A stretch of DNA of 64,000 bases from Candidatus Micrarchaeota archaeon (GTDB lineage: Archaea > Micrarchaeota > Micrarchaeia > Anstonellales > Bilamarchaeaceae). Positions 29,261 through 38,126 of the stretch are shown piece by piece. The position numbers and the translations under genes were made by a program. The stretch lies in the NCBI GenBank assembly GCA_014730115.1, contig WJIU01000045.1, positions 14,085-78,084 of the forward strand, read 5' to 3'. The notes below the pieces were generated by a model. That model saw only the letters and a list, made by a program, of their open reading frames with translations, was not told where the DNA came from and searched no databases. Position 1 is the stretch's first letter; each line of letters starts with the position of its first letter.

Positions 29261-29341
29261 TTAGAACTCTTCGTCTTCTTCTTCCTCTCCCCACTCCTCA
29301 TCTTCGAAATCGTCTTCTTCCCAGTCTTCTTCTTCGCTCAT
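29261..29341 (-). CDS. candidate micro-ORF encoding a 26-aa poly-acidic peptide
   Basis: Hand translation gives MSEEEDWEEDDFEDEEWGEEEEDEEF*. An in-frame upstream ATG at 29356 adds MRSFR. ATTATATATT box lies about 15-25 nt upstream of 29356. Too short for the ORF track. Confidence 0.3.
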   Translation of the reverse strand: MSEEEDWEEDDFEDEEWGEEEEDEEF

Positions 29342-29467
29342 TCTGAAGGATCTCATTGCTTACACCCAATATATAATTCAGGTGGTTTTAACTGAGAAAG
29401 CCTTTTAAAAGTTTGTTGAAGTGTTTTTCGTTGTAAATTCATTTGTTTGGCCCGGAAGAAGAAGTTT

Positions 29468-29954
29468 TATGAAACTGCTGAGGATAAGCTGGAATGCTGT
29501 AACGAAATACTGCGAGGAGCTTGCTGAAAAAACCAGTCCTTTCCGGCCGGACATGATAATCGGCATCTCCAGGGGAGGCATTGTCCCCGCAAGGATTCTG
29601 AGCGACGTGCTTGGAATAAAAAAACTGGGCATAATCGGGGTTGCGTTCTACCGGAAAGCAGGGAAAAAGGGGATGGAGCCTGAAATAACCCAGCACCTTG
29701 ATATGGAAATTGCAGGAAAAAGAGTTCTGCTGGTGGATGATGTTTCCGATACCGGAAACAGCCTTGTATTTGTAAAAAGACGCCTGGAAAAGAAGCGCCC
29801 CAAGGAGGTAAAAACCGCCACCCTTCACTATAAGCCCCATTCAGTGCTCAAGCCTGATTATTTCATCGGCACCACTGAGGCATGGATTGTTTATCCCTGG
29901 GAAAGGCATGAAGTGGAAAGAGAGCTGAAAGAACAGCCTATCCTGCAAAATTGA
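29468..29954 (+). CDS. purine phosphoribosyltransferase (hypoxanthine/xanthine-guanine type)
   Basis: PRPP-binding loop VLLVDDVSDTGNS. 161 aa from MKLLRISW. Confidence 0.85.
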
Positions 29955-30391
29955 ATGTCTCTGCGGAACCCGCCGGCAGGGTAAAAACAAGGCAGCCTCC
30001 ATCCTTTGTTGTAAATTTTACCTGGGAAGGTGCAGGGTGCTGGCTTCTATTGGAGGATACACTTGTACTGTCCAGTATTTCCGACTTAAGAATGCGCTCG
30101 AATTCCCTGAAACTGATATTGCGCCTGCGTCCTTCACTCGTTACCAGTGAAGCATATCATTATCCTGGCTCCTTTCCAGCACAGCCAGCGTGCAGGTGCA
30201 AGCAGACCCCGAATGTTTCCTGCTCTATTTTGGCAGCAGGAGACTCAGACAGGGGGCCTGCCCACATAATCGTCACATCCGCCCTTCCTTAGATAAAATC
30301 CGGGAGAATCGGCAGCTTTCCCTTTTTGTTTGGGCATTCTGCCCGCAAATCAGCTGTCTTTCTTTGGTCTTCCCCATTTCCCATAAATGAA

Positions 30392-32272
30392 TCACCTCAG
30401 CCTGACTGCCTCCAGGTTTGCAATGGCCCTGGATTCTTTCCGGAGCATGCTGCCCCCGGAGCGGGCAAAGTCTTCGGTCTTGCCCCAGTCGCCGTGCATG
30501 GTAAGGATGCGCTCCGGAGAGGGCCGGAGGTTCTTAAGGAATGCCATAAGCTGGGCACGGTCGCTGTGGCCGGAGAATCCCTCGGCAGTCTCAATCCGCA
30601 TATTAATGTTGAGGGATTTGGTTCTTCCGTCATCTCCAACGACAGGAACCTCCTTCACTCCTTTCTGAATCTTGTTTCCAAGGGAAAGTGCGCTCTGGTA
30701 GCCGCAGAAGATAAGGGTATTCTTCTCATCATTTGCCATCATCTTAAGATATTCATAGGACGGGCCTCCGGTAAGCATGCCGGACGGGGCCAGGATTACG
30801 CATGGCTCTTCATTCACGATGTCCTCTTTGGAGGTGCCCTTTGCAACCTTTATGAGAGGAGATTCAAACGGGCTCCGGTCGGAAAGAATCCTGCGGTGCA
30901 GCTGTTCTCTAAGATATTCAGGATAAGCAGTGTGGATTGCTGATGCTTCCATGACCATGCCGTCAATGTAGATTGAAGCATTGAAATCCGGGTCCCTTCT
31001 TGCATACTCTTCAATTACCAGCATGATTTCCTGGGACCTCCCAACTGCGAATACGGGGATAAGGACTTTTCCTTTCTTTGCCAGCGTCTCCCTGATTATC
31101 CTCATCAGCCTTTTTTCGCTTTCAAAGCGGTTGATGGTCATATCCTTTCTTCCGCCATATGTACTCTCAACAAAAAGTGTTTCCAGTCTTGGAAAACGGG
31201 TGTTGGCCGGGTCGAACAGTCTTGTAAAACCAAACTTGAAGTCTCCGGAATAAACAAGATTGTGGGCCCCTTCGCCTACATGCAGGTGCACGCTGGCGCT
31301 GCCCAGTATGTGGCCGGCGTTGTACAGCGTCATCTTTATTTCCGGAGTTATGTCCACTACTTCCTCGTAGTCAACCGTGATTATGTTTCTGAGTTCGGTC
31401 TGGATATCCTTCTTTTTGTAGGGGGCGTCTATATTGAAGACCTTGTTGCAGAGGTTCAGGTAGTCCTGCTGAAGAAGCACCATGAGGTCTCTTGTCGGAG
31501 GAGTGCAGTAAACTGGGCCGTCGTATCCATAGGCAAAAAGATAGGGAACAAAGCCCATGTGGTCCATGTGGCCGTGGCTGACGACAACGGCATCCAGGTT
31601 TTTCAGCGAAAACCCTGCCATGTTCAGATAGGGATATGCCTTGGTGGGGTCGGATGTGGCGGTATTTACGCCGCAGTCAATCAGGACCTTGCTGTTGGGC
31701 GTCTGCACCAGAAGGCAGGAACGCCCGATTTCCTTGAATCCGCCCAGTGCCATTACCCTAATCCAGTCGCTCTGGGGGGGCTCCTGGCATATCTTTTTGC
31801 CTATGCCGACCAGGAATTTCTTGCGGGCAGCGGCCTCGGCAACCTGGCTTTTCCTGATGCCGTCCAGAGTGGATGAGGGCATGGTGGGGGCCCGCAGGGT
31901 GACCGGGGACCAGTTGGTCCTCAGCATGATTTCCTTGAGAATGGAGCCGCCTTTTCCGATAACCAGACCGGGCTTTATCGCCTCAATTCGCACTTCGCAC
32001 ATCTCCGGGACAAATGATATGGACTTGATTTCGGCCTCTTCAGGAACAAGATTCTCGATTTCCTTTTTGGCCTTGTCTATATCCATGAGCTCGGTGGGGT
32101 CGACCCGGATGGTGACCTTTTTCTTTAATGCACCTGCAAGCTCCTTTATCAGCCTGTCGTTGGAATAGAATGCCTTTATGTCCTTGATGTAAATCACTGT
32201 AGAAAGGCCTTCCGGCTCCACATTGGTAACAACGCATTCTTTTGGCATAATTTCATTTATTTTCTTGACCAT
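30392..32272 (-). CDS. aCPSF1: KH-domain beta-CASP metallo-beta-lactamase RNase
   Basis: N-terminal KH-like region, VVSHGHMDH motif, and a beta-CASP C-terminal part ending GHSD..MHGD. Confidence 0.9.
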   Translation of the reverse strand: MVKKINEIMPKECVVTNVEPEGLSTVIYIKDIKAFYSNDRLIKELAGALKKKVTIRVDPTELMDIDKAKKEIENLVPEEAEIKSISFVPEMCEVRIEAIKPGLVIGKGGSILKEIMLRTNWSPVTLRAPTMPSSTLDGIRKSQVAEAAARKKFLVGIGKKICQEPPQSDWIRVMALGGFKEIGRSCLLVQTPNSKVLIDCGVNTATSDPTKAYPYLNMAGFSLKNLDAVVVSHGHMDHMGFVPYLFAYGYDGPVYCTPPTRDLMVLLQQDYLNLCNKVFNIDAPYKKKDIQTELRNIITVDYEEVVDITPEIKMTLYNAGHILGSASVHLHVGEGAHNLVYSGDFKFGFTRLFDPANTRFPRLETLFVESTYGGRKDMTINRFESEKRLMRIIRETLAKKGKVLIPVFAVGRSQEIMLVIEEYARRDPDFNASIYIDGMVMEASAIHTAYPEYLREQLHRRILSDRSPFESPLIKVAKGTSKEDIVNEEPCVILAPSGMLTGGPSYEYLKMMANDEKNTLIFCGYQSALSLGNKIQKGVKEVPVVGDDGRTKSLNINMRIETAEGFSGHSDRAQLMAFLKNLRPSPERILTMHGDWGKTEDFARSGGSMLRKESRAIANLEAVRLR

Positions 32273-32345
32273 TTCCTTAAATTGCAAAATAACACCTCTG
32301 TTGAACGTGTAGAAAAAACGATGCTTAAAAGAAAAACAAAACGAA

Positions 32346-32981
32346 TTACTGGTTCAGAAGTTTCTTAACTTCATTTTTTTCCATTCTGTTGAATCCTGAT
32401 TCTGTTAGAGTCACAAGGTCAACCCTTTCACCGCTTGCCGCGTCTCTCTTCATCGCGGCGCTTACCGCCTTTGCAGCAACCGGAAGGTTGTTTGACACTT
32501 CCAGGGACTCTTTGTACAATTCCTCAAGCACACCGAAAGCAATTGGCGAGCCGCTGCCGGTAGCAGTGAACTTTTCTTCCGTCACCCCTCCAAGCATGTC
32601 AACAGAGAAGAGCCTGGGCCCCCCGTCAACACCGCCAACCAGCAGTTGTACAAAGAACGGGAAAAACTTATGCTGGGAAAGGATGTTTGCAAGCAGGGAT
32701 GCTGCAGCTTCTACCGTAGGGGGCTTTTCGTTCTTCAGCTCATACAGCTTGAGTTCTGCAGTCATCCAGCGGACCAGGGTCTGTGCATCACCGACGCTTC
32801 CTGCGATAGTCATCGCAATGCGCTCATGAATCGGGTATATCTTGTCTATGTCCTTGCTTGCGATAAGATACCCCATAGTTGCACGCCTGTCGCTGGCCAT
32901 TACAACACCGTCCTTGCAGACAACACCTACCGTAGTGGTTCCGGTTTGTCTTGCTTCTTGCATAGATTTAGAATTATCCAT
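32346..32981 (-). CDS. psmB: proteasome beta subunit
   Basis: Propeptide, then TGTTTVGVVCKDGVVMASDRRAT. Confidence 0.9.
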   Translation of the reverse strand: MDNSKSMQEARQTGTTTVGVVCKDGVVMASDRRATMGYLIASKDIDKIYPIHERIAMTIAGSVGDAQTLVRWMTAELKLYELKNEKPPTVEAAASLLANILSQHKFFPFFVQLLVGGVDGGPRLFSVDMLGGVTEEKFTATGSGSPIAFGVLEELYKESLEVSNNLPVAAKAVSAAMKRDAASGERVDLVTLTESGFNRMEKNEVKKLLNQ

Positions 32982-33064
32982 GTTTATCACTTGGGAGAAC
33001 AAGTTCTATTTTATACTTCAACCTAATGTTTTTAAACCTCCCTTCAAAGCATGATTCGTCTTGA

Positions 33065-33346
33065 CTACTGGAATGCATAAAGATATGCTTCAGCAGCCTG
33101 CCTTGTCTCGGGACATCTTGTCTCTTCAGCAACTTTTTTCAAAGCGCTTTTGTTGCCTCCAAGCTCCTGAACTGCGGCCTTCCGCTCTTCAAGCCTTGGA
33201 GAAGCAAGTGCAGTCTGGAGGCAGCGACTGTCCAGCTGCTCCAGCATTTCCCTTCCGCCCTGGGAAAACGGATTGATTGTTTTTCTTGAAGCAGAAGTGC
33301 CTGTTTCCTTGGTAGAACGCAAAGTCTTCCTTTTTGCACCCATCAT
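33065..33346 (-). CDS. small hypothetical protein (HEAT-like helical)
   Basis: 93-aa ORF. Basic N-terminus, then RLEERKAAVQELGG / ETRQAAEAYL helices. Confidence 0.4.
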   Translation of the reverse strand: MMGAKRKTLRSTKETGTSASRKTINPFSQGGREMLEQLDSRCLQTALASPRLEERKAAVQELGGNKSALKKVAEETRCPETRQAAEAYLYAFQ

Positions 33347-33440
33347 AGGATTACCTGTTTGATTTAATAGATTTTTGTGCTGTTGATATTAGGGGCGTAA
33401 ATATTTATAAATGTTCCTATTTTTCCACTTTCTATAACTT

Positions 33441-36089
33441 CTATTCCTCCTTTATGAAGTAATGCTCAATTCGGAGGGCAATGCCCACCAGGACCAGGTA
33501 GACAATCTGTGCTGCACCTATCATCAGCCAGTCCTGCAGTGCAAGGGGCTCTATCAGGAACAGTGAATTCAGCGGGGTGTATATCACAACCACCTGCAGC
33601 GCAAGCGATGTAAAAACTGCAAGGTGCAGCCACCCGTTAGAGAAAAGATTGGTTTTGTATCTCCAGCGGACCAGGTATACGGTAAGCATCTCCAGGACAA
33701 CAAAACCGGCGAACAGCATTGTGTAGCCTTTTATCTGGCCTATGGAAAGAGACCATGCATAAAGCGAGATTATTGCAATTGCCGCACTTACGCCCAGAGA
33801 CACAAGGAAATACATGGTATCCTTGTCAATCATGCGCTCGCTTTTTTCCCGGGGCTTTCTTTCCATGATATTTTTGGCAGGGGCGTCCACCCCCAGGGCC
33901 AGTGCCGGAAGCCCGTCAGTAAGAAGGTTAATCCAGAGCAGCTGTATCGGAATCTTTGGTGAAATTCCCAGGGATGTTACAGTGGCAAGGAAAACCACCA
34001 GCACTTCTGATATGTTCGCTCCAAGAAGATAAGTCACAAACTTCCTGATGTTGTCGAAGGTCCCCCGGCCTTCAGCAACTGCATTTCTGATTGAAATGAA
34101 ATTGTCGTCCAGTATTATGATGTCGCTGGCCTGCTTGGTCACTTCGGTGCCCCTTACACCCATTGCAATTCCTACATCGGAATTCTTTATGGCGGCAGCG
34201 TCATTGACACCGTCCCCGGTCATGCACACCGCATGGCCGCTGTTCTTGAGAGTCTTCAGAATCATCACTTTGTGATGCGGGCTGGTGCGTGCATAGATAT
34301 CGCTGTTTTCAATTACCTCGGAAAGCTTTTCTTCCGGGAGGCGGTCCAGCTCATCCCCGGTCACAGCTTCGCCGGGAAAGCCCAGTTCGCTTCCAATTGC
34401 TTCTGCGGTGTATTTATTGTCGCCGGTTATCATTATGACCCGTATGCCGGCATTCCTGCAGTCCTCCACTGCCTGCTTCACTCCCTCCCTCGGCGGGTCA
34501 ATCATCCCCATGAGCCCAAGGAATACGAGATTCTCCTCATCATACTCCCTTTTGCCGTTCTCCTTGTAGGCGAGGCCTATTACCCTGAATGCTTCAGAAG
34601 CCATCTCCTTGTTCTTTTCCTCAATTTCCTTTCTCTCCACGGATGTGAGTTTCTTGGGCTTGCCATCATCCAGTATCCGGTTGCACCTGGAAACCACAAC
34701 CTCGGGAGCCCCTTTCACAAATACAAAATTGTTTTCCTCCCCCTTGTTGAGGGTAGACATCATCTTCCGGTCCGAGGAAAACGGATTCTCGTTGAGCCTT
34801 TTCATTTTCCCCCGGATTTTTTCAACGTCATAGCCTGCCTTGTAGGCAGGAAGCAGAAGCGCAACCTCGGTGGGGTCGCCCTTGAATCTTTTTCCCTTCT
34901 CCTCTTCTATCTCATGGGCATCGTTGCAGAGAACTGCAGCCTTAAGCAGAAGCTCCAGCCTTGCAGGACATTTGCCTTTTTCGCAGACAATTTCCCCGTT
35001 TTTCTCAAGGCCCTTTCCCCCTACTGACATATACTTTCCTTCAAAATAGATTTTCCTGACTGTCATTGTGTTCTCAGTCAGGGTACCTGTCTTGTCCGTG
35101 CATATGACATCCACAGAGCCAAGGTCCTGGATAGTGGAGAGGCGCCTCATAAGCGCGTTCTGCTCCAGCATGCGGTTGGTAGCCATGGAAAGGGCCAGCG
35201 TAACCACTGCGGGAAGGCCCTCAGGTATGGCGGCCACGCCCAGGGCAACCGCGGCCAGGAAAATGAAAATCAAGTCTCCGCTTCCAAGAATTATGTTCGT
35301 TGCCGCGATGACTATCAGAATTCCCAGGGTAATTACCGAAATCTTCTTTCCGACGTCCTCAATTTCAAACTGGAACCGGGTCTTTTTCTGAGGTGCTTCT
35401 GAAATCTCTTTTGCTATCTTTCCTACTTCTGTATTCAGGGCAGTTTCAACTGCAACCGCCTTGCCATGGCCTCTGGTAACCACAGTATTCATGAACACCA
35501 TATTGCTGCGCTCTGCCAGGGGGATGTCCTTTTCAAGAACACCGGGCCGCTTCTCCGCAGGAAAGCTCTCTCCTGTAAGCGCGGATTCGTCAACCTGCAG
35601 GGAAAACGATTCAATCAGCTTCGCATCGGCAGGCACCTTGTCCCCCTCATCCAGAAGAATGATGTCTCCCGGAACCACCTTTTCGGAGTTTATTTCCTTT
35701 TCCTTTCCGTTTCTCAGGACAGTTGCCATGGGGGCGCTCATCTTGGTGAGCTCCTCAATTGTTTTTTCGGCCTTGTACTCCTGAACAAAGCCGAATATTG
35801 CGTTGGCTATTACGATTCCGAAAATCAGGTATGCATCTATTGCCTCCGCCTCCCCCGGTTCAAAATAGCTGAGAGCCAGGGAGATGGTCGCGGCAATAAT
35901 CAGGATGATTACAAGAAGATTCTTGAACTGGTTGACAAAGATTGTCAGGGGGGACACTCCTTTTTCCACTGTAATCTTGTTGGGCCCGTACTCCTCCAGA
36001 CGCTTTTCTGCCGCCTCTTCGGAAAGGCCCTTGGGACTGCTTTCAAGTTTTTTTATGACTTTCTCCGAAGAGAGGGTGTGCCAGCCCAT
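33441..36089 (-). CDS. P-type cation-transporting ATPase (type II, Ca2+/cation pump-like)
   Basis: TGES, CTDKTGTLT, TGDN, GDGVNDAAA and about 10 TM segments. Confidence 0.9.
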   Translation of the reverse strand: MGWHTLSSEKVIKKLESSPKGLSEEAAEKRLEEYGPNKITVEKGVSPLTIFVNQFKNLLVIILIIAATISLALSYFEPGEAEAIDAYLIFGIVIANAIFGFVQEYKAEKTIEELTKMSAPMATVLRNGKEKEINSEKVVPGDIILLDEGDKVPADAKLIESFSLQVDESALTGESFPAEKRPGVLEKDIPLAERSNMVFMNTVVTRGHGKAVAVETALNTEVGKIAKEISEAPQKKTRFQFEIEDVGKKISVITLGILIVIAATNIILGSGDLIFIFLAAVALGVAAIPEGLPAVVTLALSMATNRMLEQNALMRRLSTIQDLGSVDVICTDKTGTLTENTMTVRKIYFEGKYMSVGGKGLEKNGEIVCEKGKCPARLELLLKAAVLCNDAHEIEEEKGKRFKGDPTEVALLLPAYKAGYDVEKIRGKMKRLNENPFSSDRKMMSTLNKGEENNFVFVKGAPEVVVSRCNRILDDGKPKKLTSVERKEIEEKNKEMASEAFRVIGLAYKENGKREYDEENLVFLGLMGMIDPPREGVKQAVEDCRNAGIRVIMITGDNKYTAEAIGSELGFPGEAVTGDELDRLPEEKLSEVIENSDIYARTSPHHKVMILKTLKNSGHAVCMTGDGVNDAAAIKNSDVGIAMGVRGTEVTKQASDIIILDDNFISIRNAVAEGRGTFDNIRKFVTYLLGANISEVLVVFLATVTSLGISPKIPIQLLWINLLTDGLPALALGVDAPAKNIMERKPREKSERMIDKDTMYFLVSLGVSAAIAIISLYAWSLSIGQIKGYTMLFAGFVVLEMLTVYLVRWRYKTNLFSNGWLHLAVFTSLALQVVVIYTPLNSLFLIEPLALQDWLMIGAAQIVYLVLVGIALRIEHYFIKEE

Positions 36090-36129
36090 TAGCAACCACA
36101 GTACGCCTGAAGATTAAAAAGGTTTGGAC

Positions 36130-37011
36130 TCAGCCCTGATAGGGCTGAACATCCACCAGTGTTACCTCAAATTTCAGGGTTTCATTCGCAAGATGATGGT
36201 TGGCGTCAAGAGTAATGTTCTGCTCGCTCTTGTTGACTACCCGGAAGGAAGTCGGAGCGCCGGTTTCAGGGTGGGGAAGCACATAGCTCGAATTAATCTC
36301 CAGCATGTATTCAATTGTTGCATTCAGATCGTGTAGCGTTGAGACCTGCTGGGGTATGCCGTTGAAGGTAAAGTTTGCGCCGGGGGTCAGTATGTAGAAT
36401 AAAGTCACATTCTCCCCGTCAATGCTGTCGATGAATACCGTTCCGTAGTCGGTGGGATAGCCGTCCCCGACCGATATGTTGATTCCCTGCTCCTCAAGGA
36501 AGGAGGCTGGGACAGTCTCATACAGGCTCTTGTTGTAGTACCGGGGAACCACCATCACCTTGGAGGGGTCGTAAGGTCCATAGCCCCTCTCCGGGTCCAC
36601 GTTAAACATAACCGTTTCGTTTACTTTCATGCCAATTACATTGATTATGAATCCCTTGATGATTCCCTGGTTGAAGACAACATCAAACATAAGGGGCTCG
36701 TAGGTGCGGTAGGGGTTATAGGTGCCTGCTTTCCGGGCAAGGGTCTCATTGCTGGTGTCAATGACCTCCTCATCTACCCAAAGAGTGTAATTCACCCAGA
36801 CAGTATCCCCCAAATCCACTGTATAATCAGGGGGGATTTCCATTTCGGTTTCATTTTCTTCTCCCGTGCCTGTATCGTTTTGGGAAGTGAAATTGTCGAC
36901 AGGCTCAATTTCAGGAAGTCCGTCTTCAGTTTCATTTTCCTGCATCTGTCCTTCATCCACGCATCCGAAAATAGCCAAACCTATCAGCAAAACTGCAATA
37001 ATCCGCTTCAT
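36130..37011 (-). CDS. secreted FKBP-type peptidyl-prolyl isomerase-like lipoprotein
   Basis: Lipobox-like LAIFGC. FKBP-like VWVNYTLWVDEEVIDTS..PLMFDVVFNQGIIKGF. Confidence 0.7.
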   Translation of the reverse strand: MKRIIAVLLIGLAIFGCVDEGQMQENETEDGLPEIEPVDNFTSQNDTGTGEENETEMEIPPDYTVDLGDTVWVNYTLWVDEEVIDTSNETLARKAGTYNPYRTYEPLMFDVVFNQGIIKGFIINVIGMKVNETVMFNVDPERGYGPYDPSKVMVVPRYYNKSLYETVPASFLEEQGINISVGDGYPTDYGTVFIDSIDGENVTLFYILTPGANFTFNGIPQQVSTLHDLNATIEYMLEINSSYVLPHPETGAPTSFRVVNKSEQNITLDANHHLANETLKFEVTLVDVQPYQG

Positions 37012-37034
37012 ACGTATCACATCGGGGAAAATGA

Positions 37035-37175
37035 TGGGGTCATGGAGATTGGCGGCCCTGCCGGCATCGGCCTTTCAGGCTTTCGAACTCCAATATGCAG
37101 GTTTCTACGGCCAAATGTGTCCACAAAAGGACGGGATCTGGAGCCTGCCGTACTACCTGGTTATACTATGACCCC
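37035..37175 (-). tRNA. tRNA-Trp(CCA) with two introns (anticodon loop and T-loop)
   Basis: Acceptor GGGGTCA/TGACCCC plus A73. D-arm GTAT-AACCAGGTA-GTAC. Anticodon stem GCAGG/CCTGC enclosing CTCCAG|35 nt|A. T-stem TGGAG/CTCCA enclosing TTCGAA|33 nt|T. Introns are about 37103-37137 and 37049-37081. Mature length is 73 nt. Confidence 0.75.
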
Positions 37176-37319
37176 ATCAAAAGGCCAAGCGATGGCCAAC
37201 CTTACACACTCTGACAATATTCAGAGAGCAATTTTTTTTAGAAGGGAGGCTTTTATATGGGTTACTGAATTTTATGGTCGGCAGCTAAGCATTTAACGGT
37301 TGCCTGAGACTGTAATCTC

Positions 37320-38126
37320 ATGACTGCTCTTGACAAACTTATCAAAAGCGCAGAGGAAAGCAGGACCATCCTCTGCTTTGGGATAGACCCGGCAATAAAC
37401 CGCATGGCCCGGGAACCTGGGGAAGAGGAGCTTGAGGGGCTCATCACTGATTATTTCAGCAGCATTGTGGAGTCCCTCCTGGAGGAGAACGCAATCTCCG
37501 CAATCAAGCCCAATTACGCCTTCTTCGCGCAGTACGGTTTTGACGGCCTTCACGCGCTTGAGCACCTGATTGGGGACTGTAAAGAGGATGTGCCGGTAAT
37601 ACTGGACGTCAAAAGGGGGGATATCGGGAAGACCAGCGAGGCTTATGCAAAGGAGGCGTATGATTTCTGGGGTGCGGATGCGGCCACTATAAGCCCCTAT
37701 ATGGGAGAGGATTCAGTGAAGCCGTTTTTGAGGGAAGGCAAGCTTGCGTACCTTTTGTGCAGGACCTCCAACAAAGGGGCGAAGGACTTCCAAGAGTTGA
37801 AATGCGGGGATTCCATGCTTTACGAGAAGGTCCTGGAGAAGGCAATGGAATGGAACTGCGGCATTGTCGTGGGGGCGACCAGCGACGCAATCAGGAAAAT
37901 CGTGGAGCAAACCGGCAACAAAGTCCCGATGCTGATTCCCGGGATAGGTGCCCAGGGAGGCGATTTGGGCATGGTAATGGAAGCAATCGGGGAAAATGTT
38001 GCGATTCACAGGATTAATGCCTCGTCATCCATTGCCTATGCCCATGAAAAGCACGGTGGGAACCCGGTGGGGGCAGCATTGAAGGAAGCTGAAAACCTGA
38101 ACAAAAAAATAAGGGAGCATCTCTAG
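37320..38126 (+). CDS. pyrF: orotidine 5'-phosphate decarboxylase
   Basis: LDVKRGDIGKT and PGIGAQGG. Confidence 0.9.
   Translation: MTALDKLIKSAEESRTILCFGIDPAINRMAREPGEEELEGLITDYFSSIVESLLEENAISAIKPNYAFFAQYGFDGLHALEHLIGDCKEDVPVILDVKRGDIGKTSEAYAKEAYDFWGADAATISPYMGEDSVKPFLREGKLAYLLCRTSNKGAKDFQELKCGDSMLYEKVLEKAMEWNCGIVVGATSDAIRKIVEQTGNKVPMLIPGIGAQGGDLGMVMEAIGENVAIHRINASSSIAYAHEKHGGNPVGAALKEAENLNKKIREHL

Noticed and set aside
29951-30390. ORF-track entries 29951..30292 (113 aa) and 30190..30390 (66 aa) as real genes.
   Set aside because: Their composition is Ser/Leu/Arg/Cys-rich with no motifs. The first overlaps the PRTase stop. They are better treated as noise within an unassigned spacer (see the finding for 29955-30391).
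37103-37137. C/D-box guide sRNA inside the tRNA-Trp anticodon-loop intron, as in Euryarchaeota.
   Set aside because: No RUGAUGA C box with a CUGA D box at suitable spacing appears in either intron. The T-loop intron has CTGA and GATGCC but not a complete box set.
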